From an uncultured Gammaproteobacteria bacterium (GTDB lineage Bacteria > Pseudomonadota > Gammaproteobacteria > JACCXJ01), in NCBI GenBank assembly GCA_963764725.1, contig CAVXTM010000009.1, positions 32,001 to 96,000 of the forward strand: a DNA stretch of 64,000 nt. Direction: 5' to 3'. The translations under genes were made by a program, and so were the position numbers. This document shows, in pieces, positions 21,525 through 31,629 of this stretch. Every line of letters begins with the position of its first letter. The stretch's first letter is position 1. The notes under the pieces are model-generated. The model did no database searches. It was not told where the DNA came from and saw only the letters and a program-made list of their open reading frames with translations.

Positions 21525-22067
21525 ATGGTGGACAAGCCCTTCCTTACCGACATCAAAACCTTGCGCAAGCGCGCCCGCCGGCACCTCGAGGCGGGCGCGG
21601 TCACGGAAGGTTACAAAGCCGACCGGGCGACGGTGCTGAAGCTGCTCAACGAGGCGCTCGCCACTGAGATCGTCTGCGTATTGCGCTACAAACGCCATTA
21701 CTTCATGGCCTCGGGCATCAATGCTCAGAGCGTCGCCGCGGAGTTCCTGCAACATGCGAACGAGGAACAGATGCACGCCGATCAGATTGCCGCCCGCATC
21801 GTGCAGCTCGGCGGAGAGCCGAACTTCTCCCCCGAAGGGCTCCTTAGCCGCAGCCATGCCGAGTACGTCGAGGGCAATTCGCTCATCGACATGATTAGGG
21901 AAGATCTCGTGGCCGAGCGCATCGCGATCGATAGCTATCGCGAGATGGTCGCTTATCTCGGCAGCGATGACCCGACCACCCGCCGGACGCTGGAGGGGAT
22001 CCTGGCTATGGAAGAGGAGCATGCCGATGATCTGGTGAGCCTGTTGGAGGAGATGGGCAGCGGCTAA
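21525..22067 (+). CDS. Bacterioferritin/ferritin-like protein
   Basis: LNEALATE, EEQMHAD, EDLVAERIAI, EEEHADD di-iron ligands. Confidence 0.9.
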   Translation: MVDKPFLTDIKTLRKRARRHLEAGAVTEGYKADRATVLKLLNEALATEIVCVLRYKRHYFMASGINAQSVAAEFLQHANEEQMHADQIAARIVQLGGEPNFSPEGLLSRSHAEYVEGNSLIDMIREDLVAERIAIDSYREMVAYLGSDDPTTRRTLEGILAMEEEHADDLVSLLEEMGSG

Positions 22068-22085
22068 AATTTCACCCCACACTCT

Positions 22086-22809
22086 TTGAGGGAGGCGCCC
22101 ATGATCTTCCGCCAGCTCTATGACAATGCGTCCTCGGCATACACGTATCTCATCGCCGATCGCCATACCAAGGAAGCGGTTTTGATCGATCCTGTTGCCA
22201 CCCACATCAGTGATTACGTTGCGCTGCTCTCGCAGCTCGGCGGTCGGCTGAGATACTCGGCCGAGACCCATGTGCACGCCGATCATGTCACCGCGGGCGG
22301 GCTCTTGCGCGAACGCTTGGGTGCCGAGACCGCGGTCAGCCAGCGCTGCGGAGCGGTATGCGCCGATCACCAGCTGCGGGACGGCGATATCCTGCGCTTC
22401 GGGCAAAACGAGGAAATCGCGGTCATCGCCACGCCGGGACATACGCCGGGCAGCGTGTCCTTCCTGTGGCGTGAGCGCCTGTTCACGGGCGACAGCCTCT
22501 TGATCAACGGCTGTGGCCGCACCGATTTCCAGGACGGCGATGCCGGAACCCTCTATGACACTATCACCGAGCGGTTGTTTCGCTTGCCGGGAGAGACGCT
22601 GGTCTATCCCGGCCACGATTATCACGGCCATTGGGTTAGCAGCATCCAGCAAGAGCGTTCGATCAATCCGCGCCTGGCGGGCAAGACCCGCGAGCAGTTC
22701 ATCGACGATCATGCATGAGCTGAAGCTAGCGAAACCGCGGCTCATCGATCAGGCCGTCCGTGCCAACCGCCTGTGCGGCTTGTCTCAGGCGGAGGTCCGC
22801 CAGGGCTAG
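22086..22809 (+). CDS. MBL-fold persulfide dioxygenase (ETHE1/Sdo-like), frameshifted near 22707
   Basis: ETHVHADH, TPGHT, FTGDSLLINGCGRTDFQ, YPGHDY. The expected C-terminus MHELKLAKPRLIDQAVRANRLCG lies in another frame ending at 22809. Confidence 0.85.
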
Positions 22810-22896
22810 GGCTGATCTCGACCTCGGCGGTGCGCTTTAATGGAAGTGCTTTGCCCTATCTCGCCCGTGGATTCGAAAAGGAATAACAGGTGACTC

Positions 22897-23526
22897 ATGC
22901 GAAGTGTTAATCCCGCGTCGAAGTGCTTCGCATGCGTCACATTGAGTTTGATCGCTTTTTGTAGTTTCCCCGCATTCGCGCTGACGCGCATCGCGGTGTT
23001 GGAGTTCGAGTTGAACGATTTGACGCTGCTGCCGCGTACGCCGGAGGAGCTGGAACGGACCGCCTCAGTTGCGCCTTTGTTACGAGCAGCATTGATAAAA
23101 AACGGCGGTTACGAGTCGGTGACGATCGCTCCGGACACCCAAGCGAAAACGAACGCGGCGTTTGGTTACCTCTTCGACCACCCGGAGGTGGCGGCCGAGC
23201 TGGGCGCCCGATTCGGGGCTGAATGGGTTGTGATCGGGCGCGTTCATAAGCCGAGTTTTTTGTTCGCTTATTTGAAGGTCCACTTAGTGAACGTTAATTC
23301 TCAGCGGCTTACCGGCGATTTCGTGGTCGAAGTCAAGGGATACTTGAAAAAATTGACTGAGAGGGGAGTAGTACGCTTAGCAGAGCAGATTGTTCAAACA
23401 ATTAATGCGAAAGCCGAGATGTTTCAAAAGCTTGCCCGGACAGAGGCTACAGCAATCAGCGATTTTCCCGGGCCCGGGTGCCTAGTTACTATGACGGTAC
23501 TTCGCACCGGGGGCAGGACATGGTAA
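22897..23526 (+). CDS. Secreted DUF2380/DUF3280-like protein
   Basis: Signal peptide, RIAVLEFELND, GAEWVVIGRVHKPSFL. Confidence 0.65.
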   Translation: MRSVNPASKCFACVTLSLIAFCSFPAFALTRIAVLEFELNDLTLLPRTPEELERTASVAPLLRAALIKNGGYESVTIAPDTQAKTNAAFGYLFDHPEVAAELGARFGAEWVVIGRVHKPSFLFAYLKVHLVNVNSQRLTGDFVVEVKGYLKKLTERGVVRLAEQIVQTINAKAEMFQKLARTEATAISDFPGPGCLVTMTVLRTGGRTW

Positions 23527-24386
23527 GTAGCATGACGGCGTTTTCGCGCCAGGCGGGGCAGGGGGAATGGGCCGACACCATCTGGGAATTGCGCTCGGTC
23601 AATCATCGTTACCTGGAGATCTCCGTGCGTCTTCCGGAGGAGTTACGCGCTCTCGAAGGGCGTGTGCGCGAGCTAGTCGGGAGCCGTATCCAGCGCGGAA
23701 AGATAGACTGTGTGTTACGGTACAGTCCGTCCGAAAACACCTCGGTGGCGCCGGTGCTGCGGTTGGAGCTGGTGCGACAATTGATCGAGGCCTGCGAGCG
23801 AGTCAACGCGTTAATCGATCGGCCTGCTCCCGTCAGCGCGGTTGAGCTGTTGCGCTGGCCAGGGGTGGTGGCGCTGGCGCCGCCCGATGTGGAGGCGATC
23901 GGCGAGCCGTTGTTGCGGATCCTGGACACGGCGCTCAGTGGGCTCGTCGAGGCTCGGCGGCGCGAAGGGGGACGGTTGCGGAGCGTCATCGAAGAACGCT
24001 GCGCGGCCGCCGCCGCGCGGCTCGCATGGCTGCGGGAGCGGGTGCCGGAGATCATGAGCGCGCTCAAGGATCGGTTAATGAACAGGGTGCCGGAGCTCGC
24101 GAGCGGTATGGAACCCGGGCGCCTGGAGCAGGAGATGATGTTGCTCGCGCAGCGGCTGGATGTCGCGGAGGAGTTGGACCGGCTCGAGATCCATTTGGAT
24201 GAGGTTAGAAGCTTGTTCGGAACCGCGTCGCCCATCGGCCGGCGCTTGGATTTTCTGTTGCAGGAGATGAACCGCGAGGCCAATACCATCGCCTCGAAAT
24301 CGGCGCACGCCGAGACAACGTCGAGCGCGGTCGACCTGAAAGTGCTCATCGAGCAGATGCGAGAGCAGGTGCAGAATATTGAATGA
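23520..24386 (+). CDS. yicC: YicC/YloC family endoribonuclease
   Basis: [44 protein letters not shown]. Confidence 0.95.
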   Translation: MVSSMTAFSRQAGQGEWADTIWELRSVNHRYLEISVRLPEELRALEGRVRELVGSRIQRGKIDCVLRYSPSENTSVAPVLRLELVRQLIEACERVNALIDRPAPVSAVELLRWPGVVALAPPDVEAIGEPLLRILDTALSGLVEARRREGGRLRSVIEERCAAAAARLAWLRERVPEIMSALKDRLMNRVPELASGMEPGRLEQEMMLLAQRLDVAEELDRLEIHLDEVRSLFGTASPIGRRLDFLLQEMNREANTIASKSAHAETTSSAVDLKVLIEQMREQVQNIE

Positions 24387-25020
24387 TCGACCCGCGGCGT
24401 GCGGTCTGCTGTATGTCGTCTCGGCCCCTTCGGGCGCCGGCAAGACGAGCCTGGTCAGCGCCTTGACCGCGGCGCAGTCCGGCGTCTCCCTGTCGATCTC
24501 CTTTACTACGCGGCCGATGCGCCCGGGAGAGCGCGAGGGCGTGGATTACCATTTTGTCGGAGAGGCGAGGTTCGAAGCAATGGTTGCTCAGTCGGCGTTC
24601 ATGGAATACGCCCAAGTGTTCGGCCACTACTACGGAACCTCGCGGGAATGGGTGGAGTCGCACTTGACGAACGGGATAGATGTCGTGTTGGAGATCGATT
24701 GGCAAGGCGCGCGGCAGGTACGCAAGGCATGGCCGCAATCGATGGGGATCTTTATCCTTCCCCCGTCCTACCAAGATTTGGAACATCGGCTTAAAACCCG
24801 CGGCAGGGATGACGAGGCGGTCATTCGGTGCCGGATGCTGGCGGCCGTGACAGAGATGTCGCATTATTCCGAATACGACTATCTGCTCGTCAATGACGAC
24901 TTCGACCGCGCGCTTGGCGATCTGCGCGCGATCCTGCGCGCCGGCCGTCTTGGCAGCGGACGCCAACGCGCCGCGCTGGACTCGCTGGTGCGGGATTTAT
25001 TGGAGCCCAAGATTACGTAA
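24379..25020 (+). CDS. gmk: Guanylate kinase
   Basis: [26 protein letters not shown]. Confidence 0.97.
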   Translation: MNDRPAACGLLYVVSAPSGAGKTSLVSALTAAQSGVSLSISFTTRPMRPGEREGVDYHFVGEARFEAMVAQSAFMEYAQVFGHYYGTSREWVESHLTNGIDVVLEIDWQGARQVRKAWPQSMGIFILPPSYQDLEHRLKTRGRDDEAVIRCRMLAAVTEMSHYSEYDYLLVNDDFDRALGDLRAILRAGRLGSGRQRAALDSLVRDLLEPKIT

Positions 25021-25042
25021 GCTTAAATCAGAGGAAACAACT

Positions 25043-25300
25043 ATGGCGCGAATCACCGTGGAAGATTGTCTTCCTTATGCTAATAATCGCTTTGATCTCG
25101 TGATACTGGCAAGTAAGCGTGCCCGCCAGCTCGCAATGGGTTCGCAACCGTTGGTGGCCCCGGCGAATGATAAACCGGCAGTCATTGCGCTGCGCGAGAT
25201 CGCCGAGGGCTTGATTACTCGGGATACCTTGGCTGCCATCGAAGCCAAGGAGAAGGGAGAGGACATTTTCTATCCGCTTCCCGATTCGACTAAAGCGTGA
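25043..25300 (+). CDS. rpoZ: RNA polymerase omega subunit
   Basis: [33 protein letters not shown]; GAGGA RBS. Confidence 0.97.
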   Translation: MARITVEDCLPYANNRFDLVILASKRARQLAMGSQPLVAPANDKPAVIALREIAEGLITRDTLAAIEAKEKGEDIFYPLPDSTKA

Positions 25301-25347
25301 CTGGCGTCGGGTCCCGGCGCGGGGGCTTGCTAGCAAGCAGCATCAAC

Positions 25348-27543
25348 ATGAAGATTTGGCCGTTTCTTCCTCTGGCTTCAACCCGAGCAGCGAAGGAATC
25401 GTCCGTGCCTTCAGCCTCGGCGCTACGTCAAATCGATGAGGTGTGCCTGCTTGCCCGCGAATACCTGAAGCCCGCTCAAGTAGCGGCGCTGCGGCGCGCC
25501 TACGAGTTCGGGGCTCGGGCGCATGAAGGTCAGCGGCGAATGAGCGGGGAGCCGTACATCGAGCATCCCCTCGCCGTCGCGCGCATCCTGCTCGGGATGC
25601 GGATGGATTATGAAACACTGGCCGCCGCCATCCTGCACGATGTGATCGAGGATACGGCCACGGAAAAGCAGCAGATCAGCCACGAGTTCGGTGACGAGGT
25701 GGCGAAGCTCGTCGACGGTGTTAGCAAGCTCACGCAAATGGAATTCGAGACTTACGCCGAGGCGCAAGCGGAGAACTTCCGCAAGATGTTGTTGGCGATG
25801 ACCCATGATATCCGGGTCATCCTGGTGAAACTGGCGGACCGGCTTCACAACATGCGCACGCTCGGCGCGTTACCACAGGAAAAACGCCGGTTGGTAGCGC
25901 GCGAGACCCTGGACATCTACGCCCCCATCGCGCAACGGCTTGGCATCAACGCGCTGCGCCGCGAGCTCGAGGACCTCGGATTCGCGGCCCTGTTCCCGAA
26001 CCGCCACCGGATCCTGTCGAAAGCCATCAAGCAATCCCGGGGGAATCGCAAGGAACTGATGTTGCAGATCAAAAATTCCATCGAGCGGCGCCTAAGGCAG
26101 GAAGACCTCCCCGCGGAAGTCGCCGGACGTGAAAAGCACATCTACAGCATCTATAAAAAGATGCACGGCAAGCGCCTACCGTTCTCGGAAGTCTTCGATG
26201 TCTATGCCTGCCGCGTGATCGTCGACACCGTGGACGCCGCGTATCGCGTGCTCGGTGTCGTGCATCACCTGTTCAAACCAGTGCCTGGACGCTTCAAGGA
26301 CTATATCGCGATACCCAAGGCCAACGGTTATCAATCGCTGCATACAATCTTATTCGGGCCGCATGGGGTCCCGATCGAGGTGCAGATCCGCACCAAGGAG
26401 ATGGACGCCGTGGCCGAGCACGGAATTGCGGCGCATTGGCTTTATAAAACTGGCGACAGCGCCAGCAATACCGCACAAAAACGCGCGCGGGAATGGTTGC
26501 GCACCATCCTCGAGATCCAGAGCCAAGCCGGGAATTCCGAAGAATTCTTGGAAAATGTAAAGATCGACCTTTTCCCGGACGAGATTTACGTATTCACGCC
26601 CAAAGGTGACATTCTGAAGTTGCCGCGGGGCGCCACGGCAGTCGATCTCGCCTACGCCGTGCACACCGACATCGGGAACCGGTGCGTGGCGGCGCGCATC
26701 GATCGGCGCTTGGTGCCGTTGCGCACGGCATTGAGCAACGGCCAGACCGTGGAGATCATCACCGCCCCCGGCGCCTGTCCGAGCCCGGCTTGGCTCAACT
26801 TCGTCATTACGGCCAAGGCGCGGGCGAATATCCGCCATTTTCTTAAGAACCTGCAGCGCGATGAGGCGCGGGGTCTCGGTCAGCGGATGCTGAATCGCGA
26901 GTTGCAACAACTTGGATTCGATCTCAATGCTCTACCGCGCGAACGTTTGGATGCCGCCCTCAAAGAATGCAAGATCGAGAGCCTCGATGCGATGCTGGAG
27001 GAGATCGGCCTCGGCAAGCGTATGGCGCCCATCGTCGCGCGCTATCTCATCCCGGTCACTGCCGAAGACAGCGCGCGCAATGCCCCGGCGGCGCACGCCG
27101 GGCCGCTCGCCATTAAGGGCACCGAAGGCATGGTGGTCTCGTTTCCGAAATGCTGTTATCCCATTCCGGGAGATTCCGTCCTCGGTTATGTGTCCGCCGG
27201 GCGGGGGATCGTGATCCACCGGCAATCGTGCAAGAATCTTGCTGAATACCGGAATCATCCGGAGAAATGGATCGATGTGGAATGGGGTTCGGACGTGAAG
27301 GGCGAGTTTCCGGCGGCGATCCGTCTGGAGGCGACCAACGAGCGCGGGGCGCTCGCGACGATCGCCGCCGCGATAGCAGCAGAAGGCGCCAATATCGAGT
27401 TTGTGGGGATGAACGAACGCGAGGATCGGATCGCCGCGCTGACCCTGACCGTCGAGGTGCGCGATCGCCTGCACCTGGCCCGGGTCATGAGGGCTGTCCG
27501 GCGCCTGCAACCGGTGACGCGCGTGATCCGGATGCGTACGTAG
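25348..27543 (+). CDS. spoT: Bifunctional (p)ppGpp synthetase/hydrolase
   Basis: LHDVIED, KLADRLHNMRT, PKANGYQSLHT, TGS and ACT domains; gmk-rpoZ-spoT order. Confidence 0.96.
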   Translation: MKIWPFLPLASTRAAKESSVPSASALRQIDEVCLLAREYLKPAQVAALRRAYEFGARAHEGQRRMSGEPYIEHPLAVARILLGMRMDYETLAAAILHDVIEDTATEKQQISHEFGDEVAKLVDGVSKLTQMEFETYAEAQAENFRKMLLAMTHDIRVILVKLADRLHNMRTLGALPQEKRRLVARETLDIYAPIAQRLGINALRRELEDLGFAALFPNRHRILSKAIKQSRGNRKELMLQIKNSIERRLRQEDLPAEVAGREKHIYSIYKKMHGKRLPFSEVFDVYACRVIVDTVDAAYRVLGVVHHLFKPVPGRFKDYIAIPKANGYQSLHTILFGPHGVPIEVQIRTKEMDAVAEHGIAAHWLYKTGDSASNTAQKRAREWLRTILEIQSQAGNSEEFLENVKIDLFPDEIYVFTPKGDILKLPRGATAVDLAYAVHTDIGNRCVAARIDRRLVPLRTALSNGQTVEIITAPGACPSPAWLNFVITAKARANIRHFLKNLQRDEARGLGQRMLNRELQQLGFDLNALPRERLDAALKECKIESLDAMLEEIGLGKRMAPIVARYLIPVTAEDSARNAPAAHAGPLAIKGTEGMVVSFPKCCYPIPGDSVLGYVSAGRGIVIHRQSCKNLAEYRNHPEKWIDVEWGSDVKGEFPAAIRLEATNERGALATIAAAIAAEGANIEFVGMNEREDRIAALTLTVEVRDRLHLARVMRAVRRLQPVTRVIRMRT

Positions 27544-27572
27544 CCGGGAATATTTAAATCATAAGACAAAAC

Positions 27573-27980
27573 ATGGCACGTACTATTGTTTCCACCGACC
27601 AAGCGCCCCAAGCGATCGGTACCTACTCGCAAGCGGTACGCACGGCACAAACGGTCTATCTATCCGGTCAGATCCCGCTCGATCCCGCTAGCATGGAGCT
27701 TGTCGAGGGGGAGATGCGGTCTCAGGTCGTGCGCGTGTTCCAAAACCTCCAAGCTGTGGCCGAAGCCGCGGGCGGAACACTCGCGGATGTCGTTAAGCTG
27801 AATGTCTACCTCACCGACTTAAGCCATTTCCCGCTCGTCAACGAGGTCATGGCGAGTTATTTCCATGAACCGTACCCGGCAAGGGCGGTCGTGGGCGTCG
27901 CCGCGTTACCTCGGGCGGCACCGATCGAGATCGACGCGATCATGGATCTATGTTCGTCTTCGATGGGCCCCGAACGCTAG
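27573..27980 (+). CDS. ridA: RidA family enamine deaminase
   Basis: [25 protein letters not shown]. Confidence 0.92.
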   Translation: MARTIVSTDQAPQAIGTYSQAVRTAQTVYLSGQIPLDPASMELVEGEMRSQVVRVFQNLQAVAEAAGGTLADVVKLNVYLTDLSHFPLVNEVMASYFHEPYPARAVVGVAALPRAAPIEIDAIMDLCSSSMGPER

Positions 27981-28885
27981 TTTCCAAGTGGCTGCGGAGG
28001 GTCACCACGCACCCGCGCTGGCCGCTCGTCAAGGATCGGTCGCTGCAATACGCGCGTCTCATGCGTCTCGATAAGCCCATCGGGATTTTATTGCTCTTGT
28101 GGCCGACGCTTTGGGCGCTTTGGATCGCCGCTCACGCCCGTCCTGATCCCGGAGTTCTCGTGGTGTTCGTGCTCGGTGTGATCCTAATGCGCTCGGCGGG
28201 ATGCGTGATCAACGACTACGCTGACCGGGGTTTCGATGCGCGGGTCGAGCGCACGCGTAACCGGCCCTTGGTAACCGGAGCGGTCAGCCCCAGGGAGGCC
28301 ATTGCGCTATTTTTCGGCTTGCTCTTGATGGCCTTCCTGCTGGTCATGCTGATGAATGCCTTGACCGTGATCCTGGCCTTCGTCGGCGCGCTGCTCGCGG
28401 CGACCTACCCCGTTGCCAAACGCTACACCTATCTTCCTCAGGTGCATCTCGGCCTCGCCTTCGGTTGGGCCGTGCCGATGGCGTTCGCAGCGCAGACGGG
28501 GAGCGTGCCCAAGGTCGGCTGGCTGCTCTTGATCGCGAGCCTGCTCTGGTCGGTGGCTTATGACACGATGTACGCGATGGTCGACCGCGAAGACGATCTC
28601 CGCATCGGCGTTAAATCCACCGCTATCCTACTCGCCGAGGCTGATCGCTTGATCATCGGCTTGATCCAGGGACTCATGCTGATCACGCTGTTGGTCGTCG
28701 GCAAGGAGGCGGGCCTGGGATGGGTCTATCACATGGGGCTCGCGGTGGGGGGAGGGTTGGCGGTGTACCAGCAATACCTGATTCGAAATCGCGACCGGAG
28801 CGGATGTTTTAAGGCGTTCATCAACAACGGGTGGTACGGGGGCGTGATTTTCTTGGGGATCGCCGGGGATTATTGGGTTCGCTGA
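27950..28885 (+). CDS. ubiA: 4-hydroxybenzoate polyprenyltransferase
   Basis: [30 protein letters not shown]. Confidence 0.96.
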   Translation: MFVFDGPRTLVSKWLRRVTTHPRWPLVKDRSLQYARLMRLDKPIGILLLLWPTLWALWIAAHARPDPGVLVVFVLGVILMRSAGCVINDYADRGFDARVERTRNRPLVTGAVSPREAIALFFGLLLMAFLLVMLMNALTVILAFVGALLAATYPVAKRYTYLPQVHLGLAFGWAVPMAFAAQTGSVPKVGWLLLIASLLWSVAYDTMYAMVDREDDLRIGVKSTAILLAEADRLIIGLIQGLMLITLLVVGKEAGLGWVYHMGLAVGGGLAVYQQYLIRNRDRSGCFKAFINNGWYGGVIFLGIAGDYWVR

Positions 28886-28987
28886 AAGCCACCGATTTAT
28901 TTCGTCATGCCATCCGTCTAGCGGCTCGGCCTGCATGACGGTACCATTAGCGAGGCGCGATTTGCCCCTCAAGGCCTCGAAACCTTC

Positions 28988-29356
28988 GTGCAGAGCTATC
29001 TCGGGGTTGTCAATCGCTGTAAGCCGGCAGCGACCTTAGGATTTTACGCGGACGCGGTGGATTATTTCGGGGCGGGGATCGTTACGAAGGACTTCATTTT
29101 TCAAGACAAGGATCGGTACTGCCGCCGCTGGGAAGAGGTTCGCTCCGAGCTTCTCGGGCCGATAGCCGTTGCGGACACGGGGGCCGAGAACGAAAAGCGA
29201 CTTACATTCAAGATCCGGTTCTTCGGGCGCAGCCCGGCGCGAGGAGCGATGGTGTCGGGAACCGCGACTAACACCTTGGTCGTGCGCGCGATCGATGGCG
29301 AGCTCAAGATCATCGATGAAAAGCAGAGGGTCACCAACCGCAAGCAATTGCCATGA
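28988..29356 (+). CDS. Hypothetical NTF2/SnoaL-like protein, possibly 5'-truncated
   Basis: FYADAVDYFG...DGELKIIDEK; stop overlaps the amidase start. Confidence 0.5.
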   Translation: MQSYLGVVNRCKPAATLGFYADAVDYFGAGIVTKDFIFQDKDRYCRRWEEVRSELLGPIAVADTGAENEKRLTFKIRFFGRSPARGAMVSGTATNTLVVRAIDGELKIIDEKQRVTNRKQLP

Positions 29357-30171
29357 GACCTCGACGATGGCTCTGGCTCCTAGTCCCACTTGCCCAATTC
29401 ACCTCGTATTCCCATGCGGACTGCGACAAGAAAGAATTCGCAATCGCGATCGATGTGGGGCACACGTTGCACAACCCAGGGGCTCTCAGTGCCCGAGGTG
29501 TGGCCGAGTTCTACTTCAATCGAACCTTGGCGGTGCGCTTACATGGGGAGCTTCTGGAGCGCGGCTTCACACGGGCGTTTCTCATCAATGAACGGGGTGC
29601 AGAAATTGCGCTCAGGGATCGGACAGGCATCGCGGCAACCCGCGGTGCGGACGTATTTCTGTCCATCCACCATGACTCCGTGCAGCCCCATTATCTGGCC
29701 GCCTGGACCTACGATGAGACGGAACGCCGATATAGCGATCGGTTCGCCGGCTATTCGCTTTTCGTTTCAAACAAAAACGAAGCGAGGGCACAGAGCGTAG
29801 CATTGGCGCGCTCAATCGGGGCGGAGTTTCGCCGCAACTTCTTTACCCCGACGCTCCATCATGCGGAGAAGATCAAAGGCGAAAATCGCCCGCTTCTGGA
29901 TGAATACCTGGGTATCTACCGCTTCGATGAACTGGTGGTACTAAAGACCGCGAAGATGCCCGCGGTCCTGGTGGAAAATGGAGTCATCGCGAATCGGGAC
30001 GAGGAGATCCTGCTGCGGGACCCGGTGTACCAGCGCATGCTCGTTTTGTCCCTTGCACAAGGCCTGGAGACCTATTGCCAACGCCACCACCGCGGCCATA
30101 GGGCCAGGCTCAACGATGGCCCGCGGCAAAAAGATGAAGCCGGATCAAAATCCGCGACTGTCGATGACTAA
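29353..30171 (+). CDS. N-acetylmuramoyl-L-alanine amidase (Amidase_3)
   Basis: IDVGH, E, FLSIHHD, VLKTAKMPAVLVENG; signal peptide. Confidence 0.92.
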   Translation: MRPRRWLWLLVPLAQFTSYSHADCDKKEFAIAIDVGHTLHNPGALSARGVAEFYFNRTLAVRLHGELLERGFTRAFLINERGAEIALRDRTGIAATRGADVFLSIHHDSVQPHYLAAWTYDETERRYSDRFAGYSLFVSNKNEARAQSVALARSIGAEFRRNFFTPTLHHAEKIKGENRPLLDEYLGIYRFDELVVLKTAKMPAVLVENGVIANRDEEILLRDPVYQRMLVLSLAQGLETYCQRHHRGHRARLNDGPRQKDEAGSKSATVDD

Positions 30172-30253
30172 CAGGTCGCGTCGCCGGGGTGCTTAAGCAT
30201 CTAAGCCCGGCTCACGTGCTACCGAATTCGATCGATCTCGCCGCCTGGCCGCA

Positions 30254-30835
30254 TCAGGGCGGGGTCAAGAAGTTTCGGAGCAGATCGTGGCCATGATGGG
30301 TCATGATTGACTCGGGATGAAACTGCACGCCGAGCAGCGGGTGTTCGCGATGCCGAATCCCCATGATCTCGTCCCTTCCCCCGCCGGGGATTTCCGTCCA
30401 CGCGGTGATCTCCAAGCAGTCCGGCAAGCTGTCCTTGGCGATGACCAGCGAATGGTAGCGGGTCGCTTGAAACGGATTCTCCAGGCCTTGGAATAGGCCG
30501 GTGCTGCGATGCCGGATCAGCGATGTCTTGCCATGCATGATCTCGCGCGCATGCACGATTCGGCCTCCGAAGGCTTGCCCCATCGCTTGGTGACCGAGAC
30601 AGACGCCTAAGATGGGGACCTTAGCGCAGAAGTAGGTGATCACGTCGATGGAGATGCCGGCTTCGTTCGGTGTGCCCGGTCCCGGTGATATCACGATATG
30701 ATCCGGCGCCAGCGCCTCGATTTCCTGGATGCTGATTTGGTCGTTGCGGAATACCCGCACCTCCGCCCCCAGCTCGCCTAGGTATTGCACTAGGTTGTAG
30801 GTGAACGAATCGTAATTGTCGATCATCAGAAGCAT
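30254..30835 (-). CDS. trpG: Anthranilate/aminodeoxychorismate synthase component II (TrpG/PabA)
   Basis: [33 protein letters not shown]. Confidence 0.93.
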   Translation of the reverse strand: MLLMIDNYDSFTYNLVQYLGELGAEVRVFRNDQISIQEIEALAPDHIVISPGPGTPNEAGISIDVITYFCAKVPILGVCLGHQAMGQAFGGRIVHAREIMHGKTSLIRHRSTGLFQGLENPFQATRYHSLVIAKDSLPDCLEITAWTEIPGGGRDEIMGIRHREHPLLGVQFHPESIMTHHGHDLLRNFLTPP

Positions 30836-30999
30836 ATAGGCCGTATTCTAGTGCATTAATTAACAATACTTAAATTTATGTGTAGCGAAACGCTCACGGG
30901 TACCACTTTTTTGCATCCTATCTCGTTCTCTGACTGGAAACCGGATCAGCACTCGTGACATTTTCGCCTAGTTTTGTGACCTGGCGAAACCCTCGGATC

Positions 31000-31460
31000 T
31001 GGCGCGACGAGTCGCCGAGCGAAATCCGGCAGCTCTTCGCGAAGATGGGCTGGGAAGATAACCAAACCGATATCGATCCCAGCTATATTGCCATGAGCGC
31101 GAATGTCCACCAGCACCGCAGCCGCCGATGAATTCGGCGAAAAACTTCCGAAGCCTTTGCAAAACTATCTCTCTGCTCTGCCGGCTCCGCGAATGGGCCG
31201 CCATCCCGAATGCTTAGAAGGCAAGGGCCAGTGGACGCCCAAGCAGCTTGAAGACTCCTTCGGTTCTTTGGTTAACCGAGACCAAACCCGGCGGACTGAT
31301 GCCAGAAGTTTTTGCCGCCGAGCTCGCCAAAGGACAGTGTATGCTTATCTTGGATGGGGTCAACGAAGTCCCCGAAACGAGCGGCCCGCACTTCCCCCGG
31401 CGGAACTTACTAAGCGGCTTAGCCGACGCCCTACCCGAGTGGACCAAGCGCCGATTTCGG
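31000..31460 (+). pseudogene. Fragment of a NACHT/STAND NTPase gene
   Basis: ELAKGQCMLILDGVNEVP is Walker B-like; upstream part is broken across frames. Boundaries approximate. Confidence 0.55.
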
Positions 31461-31629
31461 CGACCATTCGGCTTAGTGTTCATACTGGCCGTCGCTAAAC
31501 CAGCGCCAGATGTGCAAGGCTTAAATACAAGTGCAGCTCGGTCAACGGGGGGCTTCCGACGACACCTGCTCGGCAAATACCTACTTTAAAAACGGCGCGC
31601 TGCGCGCGCCGTTTACCGAGATCAGCAAT

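Noticed and set aside
21519-22745. 408-aa minus-strand ORF
   Set aside because: Antisense shadow of the ferritin-like and dioxygenase genes, typical of high-GC DNA.
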